Assembly: GCF_013377275.1 (NCBI RefSeq)
Contig: NZ_CP016615.1
Location: forward strand, 1,124,830 to 1,188,829
Length of the DNA: 64,000 nucleotides
DNA from: Vespertiliibacter pulmonis
GTDB taxonomy: Bacteria > Pseudomonadota > Gammaproteobacteria > Enterobacterales > Pasteurellaceae
Direction of reading: 5' to 3'
This document shows positions 54,384 through 64,000 of the stretch, piece by piece. The stretch's first letter is position 1, and each line of letters begins with the position of its first letter. A program made the translations under genes and the position numbers. The notes under the pieces were generated by a model. It ran no database searches. It saw only the letters and a program-made list of their open reading frames with translations, and had not been told where the DNA came from.

Positions 54384-55703
54384 TTATTCGTGTTGATTCG
54401 TTTGATTAGTTGGTTGTAAGTACTCTTCCTTATTTGGGTCAACCGTTTTTGATTTCCGAATAATCGGTTCGATCGTTGTACCTTGTACTAAGATAGAGAA
54501 CATTACCACAGAATAGGTCATCACTAGAATTAAGTCTTTGACATCGATTCCACTAACAAATGCTGTTTTTGCTGGGATTGCTAGCGCCATTGCAAGGGCT
54601 AAACCACCTCGCAATCCTCCCCACGTCATAATTTTTAAGGTAAATGGATTATAAGTGCGAAAGCGTTGTAAAATTTTAAATGGTACCCATAAGCTTGCAT
54701 AACGGCATAAAAGGCAGATTGGAATAGCGATGACCATTAAAATAATGCCATAGATATTGAAATCAACTAGTAATAATGCAAAGCCGATGAGGAAGAATAG
54801 TAGGAAGTTTAAGAAGTGATCGATCATTTCCCAAAAGTGGTCAAGATAACGTTGGCTTTGTTCTGAGAAGCCTGAATGGCGAGTCCAGTTACCGATCATT
54901 ATACCCGCAACAACCATTGCTAATGCACCTGAAACGTGAAGTACATTATTGGCTAACATAAAGCCAGCTGTTGGAATGGTAAGAGTAAGTAGAATTTCCA
55001 TACTACCATCATCGGTTGAAGAAATGAGAAGATGAGCGATAAATCCAAGTACAAAGCCGAGTAAAATTCCCCCAATAGCTTCGTGCATAAATAAACCTAA
55101 AATCCCGCTAAAAGTGGCTTCTTGTCCACCAAATGCTACTGCAAAAACCGTAGTGAAAACAACTAATCCAACACCATCATTAAATAGGGATTCACCTTCG
55201 ACTTGCATTGACAGCCTTTTGGGAGCCCGTAAATTTTTGATAATGGCGAGTACAGCGATAGGGTCTGTTGGTGAGATTAACGCCCCAAAGAGTACACAGT
55301 AAATGAAATCAATTGGTAAGCCAATTAAATGACTTGCTACGTAAAGGACACCACCGATGAAGAATGTGGAAGCCGTGGTAGAGAATAGAGCAAAAATTGT
55401 AATTTCCCATTTTTGATCTTTCATTACAGGGAGTTTTATCCCCAATGAACCTGCAAAAAGCAGGAAGCCTAAGATTCCATTTAGTAAAAAACTATTGAAA
55501 TCAACTTGTTCCATTACTTCTTTGGCAACCGTGTCGATATTAAACCACCCGAGCCAACCAAAGAAGAGTAACGCTAATGAACCTACCATTGCTGATGCAG
55601 TAATTGCAATTGTAGATTGTACTTTAGCACTAATTTTGCTGGTAAAAAAACCTAATAAAATAGAAAGTGCAGACAGAAAGCAAATATAAGCATAAATACC
55701 CAT
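54384..55703 (-). CDS. CPA1-family Na+/H+ (cation:proton) antiporter
   Basis: 439 aa and polytopic, with NhaP-type exchanger motifs (e.g. LFNDGVGLV...). Confidence 0.7.
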   Translation of the reverse strand: MGIYAYICFLSALSILLGFFTSKISAKVQSTIAITASAMVGSLALLFFGWLGWFNIDTVAKEVMEQVDFNSFLLNGILGFLLFAGSLGIKLPVMKDQKWEITIFALFSTTASTFFIGGVLYVASHLIGLPIDFIYCVLFGALISPTDPIAVLAIIKNLRAPKRLSMQVEGESLFNDGVGLVVFTTVFAVAFGGQEATFSGILGLFMHEAIGGILLGFVLGFIAHLLISSTDDGSMEILLTLTIPTAGFMLANNVLHVSGALAMVVAGIMIGNWTRHSGFSEQSQRYLDHFWEMIDHFLNFLLFFLIGFALLLVDFNIYGIILMVIAIPICLLCRYASLWVPFKILQRFRTYNPFTLKIMTWGGLRGGLALAMALAIPAKTAFVSGIDVKDLILVMTYSVVMFSILVQGTTIEPIIRKSKTVDPNKEEYLQPTNQTNQHE

Positions 55704-55863
55704 ACAGTATCCTTAGAAAGTATTGCAGTACGTTAAAGAATGTAAATTAAACCAAATTTTGCTTAAAAAATCAAAAATAACTGAGCATTAAATCAAATTG
55801 GCTAACTCACCGCTTTTTAAGTATAATCGCAAAAATTTTATCTTTTTATTTAGGAAAATTGCA

Positions 55864-57741
55864 ATGATTGAAAAAATGCACGAGAAAACGAATAGTTTCG
55901 CATTTAAAGTTATTTTCAGCCTTGTTTCTCTTTCATTTGTGTTGGGGGGAATTGGTGGAACGTTGCTTGGTCAAGATACATCTGCCGTGAAAGTCAATGG
56001 TGAAGAGATCTCTCAACAAGCATTTAATGCGGCTAAAAATCGTCAACAAAATTTGTTAAATCAACAGTTAGGGGAGCGTTTTTGGGATGCATTAGATAAC
56101 CCGGAATATGTCAAACAGTTTAATGATTCTATTTTAAATGAATTGATTGATAATGAACTACTACGCCAATATGCAAGTAGCCTTAAAATGGGTATTAGCG
56201 TAAATCAAATAAAACAAGAAATTGTTAATACGCCTAGTTTTCAACGAGATGGAAAATTTGATAACGCTCTCTATCAACAACTGTTAGTCAATAATAATTT
56301 AAGTGCGGATCAATATGCTTCAATCGTTAGTGAGGGTATGTTATTTTCTCAGCTACAAGAAGGGATTATTAACAGTGATTTTATCTTACCTATTCAGAAA
56401 GAGTTATTAGCTAAGCTGTTATTCCAAAAACGCACGGTGCGATTAGCAACTTATTCTGTTGCAAAAGAGATGGCAAATCAGACCGCTTCTAATGAGGAAT
56501 TACAAGCCTATTTTGATACACACAAAACTTCTTTTATCAATCCAGAAAAATTTACTGTTGAATATGTATCAATTACGCCGAAAGACTTTGCAGATAAAAT
56601 TCAGGTAACACAAGAACAGATCGAAAATTATTATCAAACGAATAAGGCAAATTATATTTCTCCAAGTGAAGTTAAGGTTGCTCATATTCAACTTGCTAAT
56701 GAAGAAAGTGCAAGAACTGTTGAACAGCAATTAAAATCAGGTACAGATTTTGCAACTTTAGCAAAAGAAAAATCGTTAGATAAATTATCAGGTTCAAACG
56801 GTGGTGAATTAGGTTGGGCAAAATCAGGCACTTATCCAAAAGCCTTTGAAGATGCGATGAATACGTTGGCAGTGGGGCAGGTAAGTGAGCCAATAAAAGT
56901 AGATGATGGTTACTCAATTATCAAGGTATTGGAACGTAAAGAGAGTAAAGTTGTTCCTGTTGAGCAGGTTAAAGAGCAAATTACGGATATTATTCGTAAT
57001 GAGTTAGCCACAGTAGATTACTCAAATATGGCAAGAGAGATGGCAAATAAAGCTTTTGAGAATAGTAGTTCTCTTGAAGCTGTAGCAGAATTAGCAAATA
57101 CTAAAGTGCAACAAACCACAGAGTTTACTCGTGAAAATGTTCCACAAGAGTTAAATAATGAAAAAATATTAAAGGTATTATTTAGCGGTGATTTAAGCCA
57201 AACGGGGCAGAATTCAGATGCGATTGATCTAAGCGAAGGTAACCATTCAGAGACAATCTTTGTACGAGTAAGTAATTATAAGGCACAGAGTAATCAAACC
57301 TTTGATGAGGCAAAAAACGCACTTGAAGTTGCTGTAAAACGTGAAAAAGCAGAAAAAATATTGATGGCTAAAGCGCAAGAAGATGTTAAGGCATTAGCAT
57401 CTGATAAAGCACACTCTGTGAACTTTGAACCTGCACAAACATTGGTATTTGCTCAAGCTCAAGTTACTCAGCCACTTTTGTCAAAATTAATTTTTGCAAT
57501 GCCAAAACCAACGCAGGTATCGCAATATCAAGCAATGAAAAATAATGCAGGAGATATTGTAGTGGTTGCATTGGATAAAGTAGAAGATGGCAATTTAGCT
57601 GATTTCCAACAGCTTGAAAAACCATTTATTCAAACGGAACGAGCAACATTACGCAGCGATTTATTACAAGATTTGAGAGGACGAGCTAAAATTGAATTTA
57701 ATGAAGAGTTTATCGGGCAGATGAACAATTCAGAAAAATAA
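55864..57741 (+). CDS. ppiD: Periplasmic chaperone / peptidyl-prolyl isomerase PpiD
   Basis: Has an N-terminal TM anchor (FAFKVIFSLVSLSFVLGGIGG, like the E. coli PpiD N-terminus), a SurA-like domain and a parvulin domain. The tracked ORF starts 22 codons upstream. Confidence 0.85.
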   Translation: MIEKMHEKTNSFAFKVIFSLVSLSFVLGGIGGTLLGQDTSAVKVNGEEISQQAFNAAKNRQQNLLNQQLGERFWDALDNPEYVKQFNDSILNELIDNELLRQYASSLKMGISVNQIKQEIVNTPSFQRDGKFDNALYQQLLVNNNLSADQYASIVSEGMLFSQLQEGIINSDFILPIQKELLAKLLFQKRTVRLATYSVAKEMANQTASNEELQAYFDTHKTSFINPEKFTVEYVSITPKDFADKIQVTQEQIENYYQTNKANYISPSEVKVAHIQLANEESARTVEQQLKSGTDFATLAKEKSLDKLSGSNGGELGWAKSGTYPKAFEDAMNTLAVGQVSEPIKVDDGYSIIKVLERKESKVVPVEQVKEQITDIIRNELATVDYSNMAREMANKAFENSSSLEAVAELANTKVQQTTEFTRENVPQELNNEKILKVLFSGDLSQTGQNSDAIDLSEGNHSETIFVRVSNYKAQSNQTFDEAKNALEVAVKREKAEKILMAKAQEDVKALASDKAHSVNFEPAQTLVFAQAQVTQPLLSKLIFAMPKPTQVSQYQAMKNNAGDIVVVALDKVEDGNLADFQQLEKPFIQTERATLRSDLLQDLRGRAKIEFNEEFIGQMNNSEK

Positions 57742-57762
57742 TATCGTCATCAAATAAATTGA

Positions 57763-57797
57763 AAACGCTTGTTCTGAAAGGCCCAAGCGTTTTTTAT
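57763..57797 (+). terminator. Rho-independent terminator of ppiD
   Basis: aaacgcttg-ttctgaaaggcc-caagcgttt followed by TTTTTATT. Confidence 0.55.
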
Positions 57798-58030
57798 TGC
57801 TAAAATCAAGAGCAATAGCTATAAAAATCTCGGTTGCTGTGTTTTTTCTTTATAAACTGACCGCTTGTTAGTGTAAAAAGTTTGAATATTATCAAACTTT
57901 TGTCGGATTGTTGTTAAGTAGAAGACAGATTGCAATGGAATGTTGCTATTTTTTGATAAACTACTTGTACTTTACTGCAATTGTTGAAACGATTTTTTAT
58001 TATTTTTTGAAGTGGATTTGAGGGGAAAGT

Positions 58031-58552
58031 ATGAACCCAAGACGTAAATCAAGACTTAAAACTGTATTAGCTATTTTATCAGGAGTAGCTGTTGCAGCAG
58101 GGCTTACGCTGTATGCATTAAGTCAAAATATTGACCTATTCTATACGCCATCAGAAATTATTTATGGCAAGCAGGATAATCCTAATACTAAGCCTGAAGT
58201 TGGGCAGCGTATTCGTGTTGGAGGAATGGTGGTTGAAGGCTCGGTAAAACGGGATCAAAAAAGTTTAAAAGTCGAATTTGATTTACACGATATTGGGCCT
58301 GCAATTCAAGTGGAATATGAAGGTATTTTGCCTGATCTATTTCGTGAAGGGCAGGGTATTGTGGCACAAGGCGTTTTGATTGAACCAACTAAATTACAGG
58401 CAACGGAAGTGCTGGCAAAGCACGATGAAAATTATATGCCTCCAGATTTAAGTGAACAGATGAAGAAAAAACACCAGCCAATGGGCGTATCAGCAACTGA
58501 TTTGAAAGAAGAATCAGAGCGTGATCGTCTCTATCAGGGAGAGCAGAAATGA
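58031..58552 (+). CDS. ccmE: Cytochrome c-type biogenesis haem chaperone CcmE
   Basis: 173 aa with an N-terminal anchor and an OB-fold. The conserved haem-binding His sits in the expected context ([12 protein letters not shown]). Confidence 0.9.
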   Translation: MNPRRKSRLKTVLAILSGVAVAAGLTLYALSQNIDLFYTPSEIIYGKQDNPNTKPEVGQRIRVGGMVVEGSVKRDQKSLKVEFDLHDIGPAIQVEYEGILPDLFREGQGIVAQGVLIEPTKLQATEVLAKHDENYMPPDLSEQMKKKHQPMGVSATDLKEESERDRLYQGEQK

Positions 58553-60501
58553 TTGCTGAATTAGGGAATTATGCCCTTGCATTAAGTTTAGCATTGTCAA
58601 TTTTATTGGGGATCTTACCGCTTGTTGGTGCAGAAAAAGGCAATGCTACATTGATTTCGCTTGCTCGCCCAATAACGTGGGCATTATTTTTGGCGTTAAG
58701 TATTGCATTTAGTTCACTCTTTTATTTATTTGTTGTGAATGATTTTAGTGTGCAATATGTTGTGAATAATTCAAACACGTTATTGCCTTTAGAATACCGT
58801 TTAGCAGCAGTTTGGGGTTCCCACGAAGGCTCATTATTACTATGGATCTGGCTACTCTCTTTATGGAGTGTTGCGGTAGCTATTTTTAGCAGAAAAATGC
58901 CAGAAGAAGCGGTCGCCCGAGTATTGGGTGTAATGGGTATTGTCAGTATTGGTTTTATTATTTTTATTATTTTTACATCTAATCCGTTTGAGAGAACCTT
59001 TCCAGATTTTCCAGCAGATGGGCGAGAACTTAATCCGATGTTGCAAGATATTGGACTGATTTTTCATCCCCCTTTACTCTATATGGGATACGTTGGTTTT
59101 TCTGTGGCATTTGCATTTGCGATTGCATCGTTGATGACAGGACGGCTTGATACAGCTTGGGCTCGCTGGTCTCGCCCATGGACGATGGCCGCTTGGATGT
59201 TTTTAACGCTAGGCATTGTATTAGGATCTTGGTGGGCATATTATGAACTCGGCTGGGGTGGCTGGTGGTTTTGGGATCCTGTTGAGAATGCATCTTTAAT
59301 GCCTTGGATTGCAGGCACGGCATTGATCCATTCTTTAGCGGTAACAGAAAAACGTGCGACTTTTAAGGCTTGGACGGTACTACTCGCTATTTTAGCTTTT
59401 TCACTCTGTTTATTGGGGACGTTCCTTGTTCGCTCTGGCGTATTAGTTTCTGTACACGCTTTTGCTTCTGATCCAACTCGTGGTTTATATATTCTTGCGT
59501 ATTTAGCGGTCATTATTGGAGGCTCACTATTACTTTATGCTTATCAAGGGAATAAAATTAAAAGTTTAGATAATTACCAAACGTATTCACGAGAGTCAGT
59601 ATTATTGCTAAATAATGTTATGTTAATGGCATTTTTATCTGTTGTATTACTGGGGACAATTTTACCGCTTGTTCATAAAGAAATCGGATTGGGATCAATT
59701 TCTATTGGTGCGCCGTTCTTTGATCGAATGTTTATGTTGTTAATGATCCCATTTGCATTTTTATTGGGAATTGGACCGCTTGTAAAATGGCGACGAGATC
59801 AATTTTCGGCTATTCGTACTCCTGTGTTTATTAGTCTTATTTTGATGTTGTTGTGTGGCGTTGGGTTGCCTTATTTATTTGGTAATTTAATTACGCTAAG
59901 TGCGGTACTCGGTACGATGATGTCAATGATTATTGTACTTTTAAGCCTATATGAACTTCATCAACGTGCGAGCCATCGTTCTTCATTTTTTACTGGGATA
60001 ACAAAATTATCTCGCTCTCACTGGGGAATGATTTCCGCTCATCTTGGGGTGGCGATGACAGTTTTTGGTATTGCTTTTAGCCATAATTTTAGTATAGAAA
60101 AAAATGTGAGAATGAATATTGGTGATAGCGTACAAATTTTAGATTACAATTTTACCTTCAAGGGGCTTAAAGATAGCGATGGCGCTAATTATGTAGGTGG
60201 AACAGCAGAAATTGAAATTACTCAGCACGGAAAATATGAAGCGACTTTACATGCTGAAAAACGTTTTTATAATGTGAGTAAAATGGGAATGACTGAAGCA
60301 GCAATTGATTGGGGATTTACCCGCGATCTTTATGCTGCATTAGGTGAGCAATTAGAAGACGGTTCTTGGGGCATTCGTCTTTATTATAAACCGTTCATTC
60401 GTTGGATTTGGTTTGGTGGGCTATTTATGGTATTAGGCGGTTTGTTGTGTATATTGGATAAACGTTATCGTTTAAGATCTACGACAAAAGCGGTAGGATA
60501 G
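58549..60501 (+). CDS. ccmF: Cytochrome c-type biogenesis protein CcmF
   Basis: 650 aa and polytopic, with [12 protein letters not shown] (WWD domain) and conserved His residues. It overlaps the ccmE stop by 4 nt. Confidence 0.9.
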   Translation: MIAELGNYALALSLALSILLGILPLVGAEKGNATLISLARPITWALFLALSIAFSSLFYLFVVNDFSVQYVVNNSNTLLPLEYRLAAVWGSHEGSLLLWIWLLSLWSVAVAIFSRKMPEEAVARVLGVMGIVSIGFIIFIIFTSNPFERTFPDFPADGRELNPMLQDIGLIFHPPLLYMGYVGFSVAFAFAIASLMTGRLDTAWARWSRPWTMAAWMFLTLGIVLGSWWAYYELGWGGWWFWDPVENASLMPWIAGTALIHSLAVTEKRATFKAWTVLLAILAFSLCLLGTFLVRSGVLVSVHAFASDPTRGLYILAYLAVIIGGSLLLYAYQGNKIKSLDNYQTYSRESVLLLNNVMLMAFLSVVLLGTILPLVHKEIGLGSISIGAPFFDRMFMLLMIPFAFLLGIGPLVKWRRDQFSAIRTPVFISLILMLLCGVGLPYLFGNLITLSAVLGTMMSMIIVLLSLYELHQRASHRSSFFTGITKLSRSHWGMISAHLGVAMTVFGIAFSHNFSIEKNVRMNIGDSVQILDYNFTFKGLKDSDGANYVGGTAEIEITQHGKYEATLHAEKRFYNVSKMGMTEAAIDWGFTRDLYAALGEQLEDGSWGIRLYYKPFIRWIWFGGLFMVLGGLLCILDKRYRLRSTTKAVG

Positions 60502-60556
60502 CCGAATTTTTAGCTTAAAAATTTACGGCTAAATCAAAATAATTTGAGTTGTATTT

Positions 60557-60748
60557 ATGAGAAAGGTAAAGCAAATGTTAGAGAAAAACAGCAAAAAAAG
60601 TTGGCTAAAAGGACTTATTGAAAAATACAATGAACTTTGTAAGGATTTAGGCGTAGAGAATGGAGCTTGCCGTAGTTGTGTTCCAATTGTTAAATTTGAT
60701 CCAAAGAAAGAAGGCAAATCTAATGTCGCCGAGAAAGAACTAAAGTGA
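60557..60748 (+). CDS. Hypothetical small protein (63 aa, basic, one CRSC motif)
   Basis: An ORF with a candidate ribosome-binding site (gaaagg), lying between ccmF and a hairpin terminator. It has no recognisable family, and the coding call is uncertain. Confidence 0.3.
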   Translation: MRKVKQMLEKNSKKSWLKGLIEKYNELCKDLGVENGACRSCVPIVKFDPKKEGKSNVAEKELK

Positions 60749-60790
60749 GTATATACGATTATCTTGCTAAGTAATCTTATGTACTAAGAT

Positions 60791-60816
60791 AGATAAAAAT
60801 AAAGCGAGCCATTGGC
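60791..60816. terminator. Bidirectional hairpin terminator between the small ORF and trxA
   Basis: aaagcgagcc-att-ggctcgcttttt. Confidence 0.55.
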
Positions 60817-60834
60817 TCGCTTTTTCTTAATTAT

Positions 60835-61149
60835 TTATGCTAAATTTTCTAGAAATGCAGGTAAATTTTGTGCACCTACTTGTTGAGCCACGACTTCCCC
60901 ATTTTTGAAAATGAGTAAGAAAGGAATGCTACGCACACCATATTTGGCAGGAATTTGTTGATGTTCATCAACATTCATTTTCACAATGCGTGCTTTATCA
61001 CCTAATTCAGTAGCAAGATCATCTAATACTGGGCCAATTGCTCGGCACGGACCACACCACGGAGCCCAAAAATCTAGTAGTACAGGGACATCAGATTGTA
61101 AAACGTCTTGTTCAAATGTTGCATCAGTTGTATGAATGATATTAGCCAT
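60835..61149 (-). CDS. trxA: Thioredoxin 1
   Basis: 104 aa with the WCGPC active site. Confidence 0.9.
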   Translation of the reverse strand: MANIIHTTDATFEQDVLQSDVPVLLDFWAPWCGPCRAIGPVLDDLATELGDKARIVKMNVDEHQQIPAKYGVRSIPFLLIFKNGEVVAQQVGAQNLPAFLENLA

Positions 61150-61452
61150 AGTTTTTCCTTATTTGATAAAAAGAGTTGCTGATATTGTAGCAATAAATAC
61201 TTATGGATAAGTAAGATAGGGGTTTCTGCTTTACTTTTCAATAGCTAAAGATTGATTACTGTAATTATTAATTGTAATAAGGCTACATATTATTAAATAA
61301 TCGTGAATATTTTGTTTTAGTAAAAATGAGAGAGCTTGTATACGTAATGTAAATTTATGCAATATTAAACATAACGTATTGAAATCTTAGTAATCGGGGC
61401 GCAAGTTTATTCCAGTTCTAATTGATTTTTATCTTAATATTCTTGGAAAATA

Positions 61453-62532
61453 ATGAAAAAATTAACAAAATATCTCGCTTTTTTAGGGCTTTCTGTAATT
61501 GGCCTTATCTATTATTTTTACCCCGCTCAGTATCCTAAGTATGTAAGAAGTGATCACTATAATCCTGAAAAACAGAGTTTTTTCAATTTGATACCAGGAA
61601 AAAAAGTGGATAAAGGGGAAGTGCTAAGTGCTTTGTGGAAGATGATTTTTCATAAACATAAATTTATGCCATCAGAGCAGTTACCTACACAAAAGCCAAA
61701 TTTTTCAGTTTTTTTAGATGATACGGAGCAGGCAAATTTTATTTGGTTTGGGCATAGTTCTCTGTTAGCAAGAATGGGCGGAAAGACAATTTTTATTGAT
61801 CCTGTCTTTGCTCAGTCTGTTTCACCGCTTCCTATTATGATGCAACGTTTTCAATCCCCGCCTGCAAATTTAGTAGAATTACCACCGATTGATTGGATCG
61901 TTATTAGTCATAATCATTATGATCATTTAGATCGAGATGTTATTGAGTATTATAAATTGCAAAAAACAAGCTTTATCGTACCGCTTGGTGTTGGAGTGTT
62001 ATTACAAAAATGGGGCATTGGGCCTGAGCGTATTAGAGAGCTAGATTGGTGGCAATCAACAAATCTAGGCGTATTAGAAATTTCGGCAGTACCTGCAAGG
62101 CATAATACTGGAAGAGGATTATTTGATAGTAATAAAACGCTATGGACAGGATATGTATTTAAAACATCATCAGAACAGTTTTACTATTCGGGCGATTCTT
62201 CTTTTGGTGATGGTATTCATTTCCAGCAGATCGCTCAACGATTTGGTAATTTTGATATTGCTTTTATTGAAAATGGGCAATATAACCAAACGTGGATTGA
62301 TAATCATATGATGCCAGAGCAAACGGCAAAGGTTGCAAAGATTATTCAACCAACACGTTTTATGCCAATTCACTGGGGGGCTTATGCATTATCTATTCAC
62401 GGCTGGAAAGAGCCTGTTGAACGGAGCGTGCCGTTAGTAAAAGAATATGGAATTGAAACTTTAACACCATTATTAGGCGAAGTGTTTAATCGCCAGACCC
62501 AAACGTTATTATGGTGGCAAGATATCAAATAA
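61453..62532 (+). CDS. Membrane-anchored MBL-fold metallo-hydrolase (NAPE-PLD/COG2220-like)
   Basis: 359 aa with an N-terminal TM helix, an intact HNHYDH motif and downstream His/Asp ligands. Confidence 0.7.
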   Translation: MKKLTKYLAFLGLSVIGLIYYFYPAQYPKYVRSDHYNPEKQSFFNLIPGKKVDKGEVLSALWKMIFHKHKFMPSEQLPTQKPNFSVFLDDTEQANFIWFGHSSLLARMGGKTIFIDPVFAQSVSPLPIMMQRFQSPPANLVELPPIDWIVISHNHYDHLDRDVIEYYKLQKTSFIVPLGVGVLLQKWGIGPERIRELDWWQSTNLGVLEISAVPARHNTGRGLFDSNKTLWTGYVFKTSSEQFYYSGDSSFGDGIHFQQIAQRFGNFDIAFIENGQYNQTWIDNHMMPEQTAKVAKIIQPTRFMPIHWGAYALSIHGWKEPVERSVPLVKEYGIETLTPLLGEVFNRQTQTLLWWQDIK

Positions 62533-62629
62533 TTAAGCCAAATTTCTAGCCAAATAGGGTTGAAATAGGTACAATCCAGTGCTTACGTTTTTTTAAAATA
62601 CGTTTAAATACACTTTCGTGGAGAAAATT

Positions 62630-63838
62630 ATGTCGTGGAATGAATCCGGCAATCAACAAGATCCTTGGGGTAAACCCGGACAGAAAAAGCCTGAACAAGA
62701 GCAAGGTTCGCCAAATTCAGAACAAGAATCAAAAAATACACAAAATAGCCAACAACCGCCTGATTTAGAAGAGGTATTTAGCAATTTATTGAAAAAAATA
62801 GGTGGTAAAAAAGGTGGCAATGGCGGTAGTTCAAATCAATTACCTTCTTTTTCAGTATCTAAATTTCTCCCACTGGCTGTTATTCTTGGTGGAATTATTT
62901 GGGGGGCGTCTGGTTTTTATACGATAAAAGAAGCTGAACGTGGTGTTGTGACCCGTTTTGGTAAATTGTACGAAATTGTACAGCCGGGTTTAAACTGGAA
63001 ACCAACATTTATTGATGAAGTTATCCCTGTGAATATTGAACGAGTATTAGAGAAAAAAACCAATGGCTCAATGCTAACTCAAGATGAAAATATGGTACAG
63101 GTTGAGATGACAGTACAGTATCGAGTAGAAGATCCTGCAAATTATTTATTTAATGTTAAAGATCCTGACGATAGCTTAAAGCAAGCAACGGATAGTGCAT
63201 TACGCTATGTGATTGGACATATGACAATGGATGATATTTTAACCACAGGACGTGCTGTTGTGCGTGAAAATACATGGAATGCGTTGCGTGATATTATTAA
63301 ACGCTACAATATGGGATTAGTGGTTACTGATGTAAACTTCCAATATGCTCGCCCGCCTGAAGAAGTTAAAGCAGCATTTGATGATGCAATTAAAGCTCAA
63401 GAAGACGAACAACGTTTAATTCGTGAAGCAGATGCTTACGCCCGTGGGCAAGAGCCGATTGCACGAGGTCAAGCTCAACGTATTCTTGAGCAAGCAAATG
63501 CTTACAAAGAGCAAGTTGTGTTAAATGCGCAAGGGGAAGTTGAACGATTTACTAAACTGTTGCCAGAATATAAATTAGCGCCTGATATTATGAAAGAGCG
63601 TCTTTATATCCAAACAATGGAAAAAGTGATGAAAAATACACCGAAAATAATGATGGACAGTGCAAATAATAATCTAACTGTATTGCCTATTGATAAATTA
63701 ATGACGACCAATAAATCATCATTAAATACAAATACTGAAATACCAGCACAATCTACACAACAAGTGGTACAGCCAACAGTTCCAGTGCCAGCTCAACAGC
63801 CAGCAGTAGTAGAGTCTGGACGTAAGGGGAGATTTTAA
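62630..63838 (+). CDS. hflK: FtsH protease modulator HflK
   Basis: Aligns with E. coli HflK from MSWNESGNQQDPWG, including an SPFH domain (FYTIKEAERGVVTRFGK). The tracked ORF starts 4 codons upstream. Confidence 0.9.
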   Translation: MSWNESGNQQDPWGKPGQKKPEQEQGSPNSEQESKNTQNSQQPPDLEEVFSNLLKKIGGKKGGNGGSSNQLPSFSVSKFLPLAVILGGIIWGASGFYTIKEAERGVVTRFGKLYEIVQPGLNWKPTFIDEVIPVNIERVLEKKTNGSMLTQDENMVQVEMTVQYRVEDPANYLFNVKDPDDSLKQATDSALRYVIGHMTMDDILTTGRAVVRENTWNALRDIIKRYNMGLVVTDVNFQYARPPEEVKAAFDDAIKAQEDEQRLIREADAYARGQEPIARGQAQRILEQANAYKEQVVLNAQGEVERFTKLLPEYKLAPDIMKERLYIQTMEKVMKNTPKIMMDSANNNLTVLPIDKLMTTNKSSLNTNTEIPAQSTQQVVQPTVPVPAQQPAVVESGRKGRF

Positions 63839-64000
63839 TGATGCGTAAATTATTATTACCTGTTTTGGCAGTGATAGCTTTTGTTCTATTTCAGTCTCTG
63901 ATTGTTGTTAAAGAAGGTGAGCGTGGCATTATGTTACGTTTCACTAAAGTTCAACGTGATTCAGATAATAAAGTTGTAGTTTATGAGCCAGGATTGCATT
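63838..64000 (+). CDS. hflC: FtsH protease modulator HflC (5' partial; continues beyond window)
   Basis: MMRKLLLPVLAVIAF...VVKEGERGIMLRF matches the HflC N-terminus. The ATG overlaps the hflK TAA in a TAATG arrangement. Confidence 0.85.
   Translation, partial: MMRKLLLPVLAVIAFVLFQSLIVVKEGERGIMLRFTKVQRDSDNKVVVYEPGLH

Noticed and set aside
57920-58006. A 28-aa ORF (MECCYFLINYLYFTAIVETIFYYFLKWI) just upstream of ccmE, considered as a degenerate ccmD.
   Set aside because: No similarity to CcmD, which is about 65 aa with a conserved TM segment and charged tail. It lies in low-complexity AT-rich sequence and has no ribosome-binding site.
1-64000. Search for CRISPR arrays, tRNA or rRNA genes, integrases or transposases, toxin–antitoxin pairs and restriction-modification or other defence operons.
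   Set aside because: None seen. The only regular repeats are USS-based elements, not spacer-separated CRISPR repeats. There is no GTTCGAATC-type tRNA T-arm in any intergenic gap. No recombinase or IS-like ORF is present. The single nuclease-like gene (HNH) is decayed and unpaired.

Overview
This 64 kb window is a chromosomal segment from a member of the Pasteurellaceae. The evidence is about 35–40 copies of the Apl-type uptake signal sequence ACAAGCGGT (plus reverse complements), roughly 38–40% GC by eye, and E. coli-like proteins whose gene order is heavily reshuffled. Almost every ORF is a recognisable housekeeping gene. On the minus strand they include pqiA, rnhB, ygfZ, the psuK–psuG–psuT pseudouridine operon, mnmE, the complete napFDAGHBC periplasmic nitrate reductase operon, rpmE2–rpmJ2, a LysR regulator, cysE, gpsA, secB, yibN, tig, kbp, dapD, map, rpsO, a CPA1 antiporter and trxA. 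On the plus strand they include thrC, a secreted MBL-fold protein, rpe, holC, a FrnE-like DsbA, dcuC, valS, ytfL, arsC, aroQ, accBC, yceD, rpmF, fabH, trmB, yggLTU, ypjD, yfjD, ispB, queH, fabD, fabG, brnQ, mutM, yegQ, ppiD, ccmEF and hflKC; a flotillin-like protein (minus strand) is also present. Two short ribosomal protein genes are missing from the ORF track: rpmJ2 (L36 type B, 41 aa) and rpmF (L32, 56 aa). I see no convincing new multi-gene system such as a defence island, CRISPR array or toxin–antitoxin pair. The most accessory-like spot is the holC–valS interval, normally adjacent genes. It holds a FrnE-like gene flanked by a direct repeat of the holC 3' end, then dcuC, then a low-GC decayed HNH nuclease pseudogene. 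Other points worth a second look: a family of palindromic inverted-USS intergenic elements that double as bidirectional terminators and share a conserved TTTGCAAAA core; a fragmented fab cluster (no plsX or acpP; fabH separated from fabD/fabG); an orphan ccmE–ccmF pair with no ccmABCD or ccmGH, followed by an unknown 63-aa Cys-containing ORF; a near-consensus CRP site upstream of the psu operon; an FNR site upstream of napF; and an ATGA start/stop overlap that redefines the napD start.
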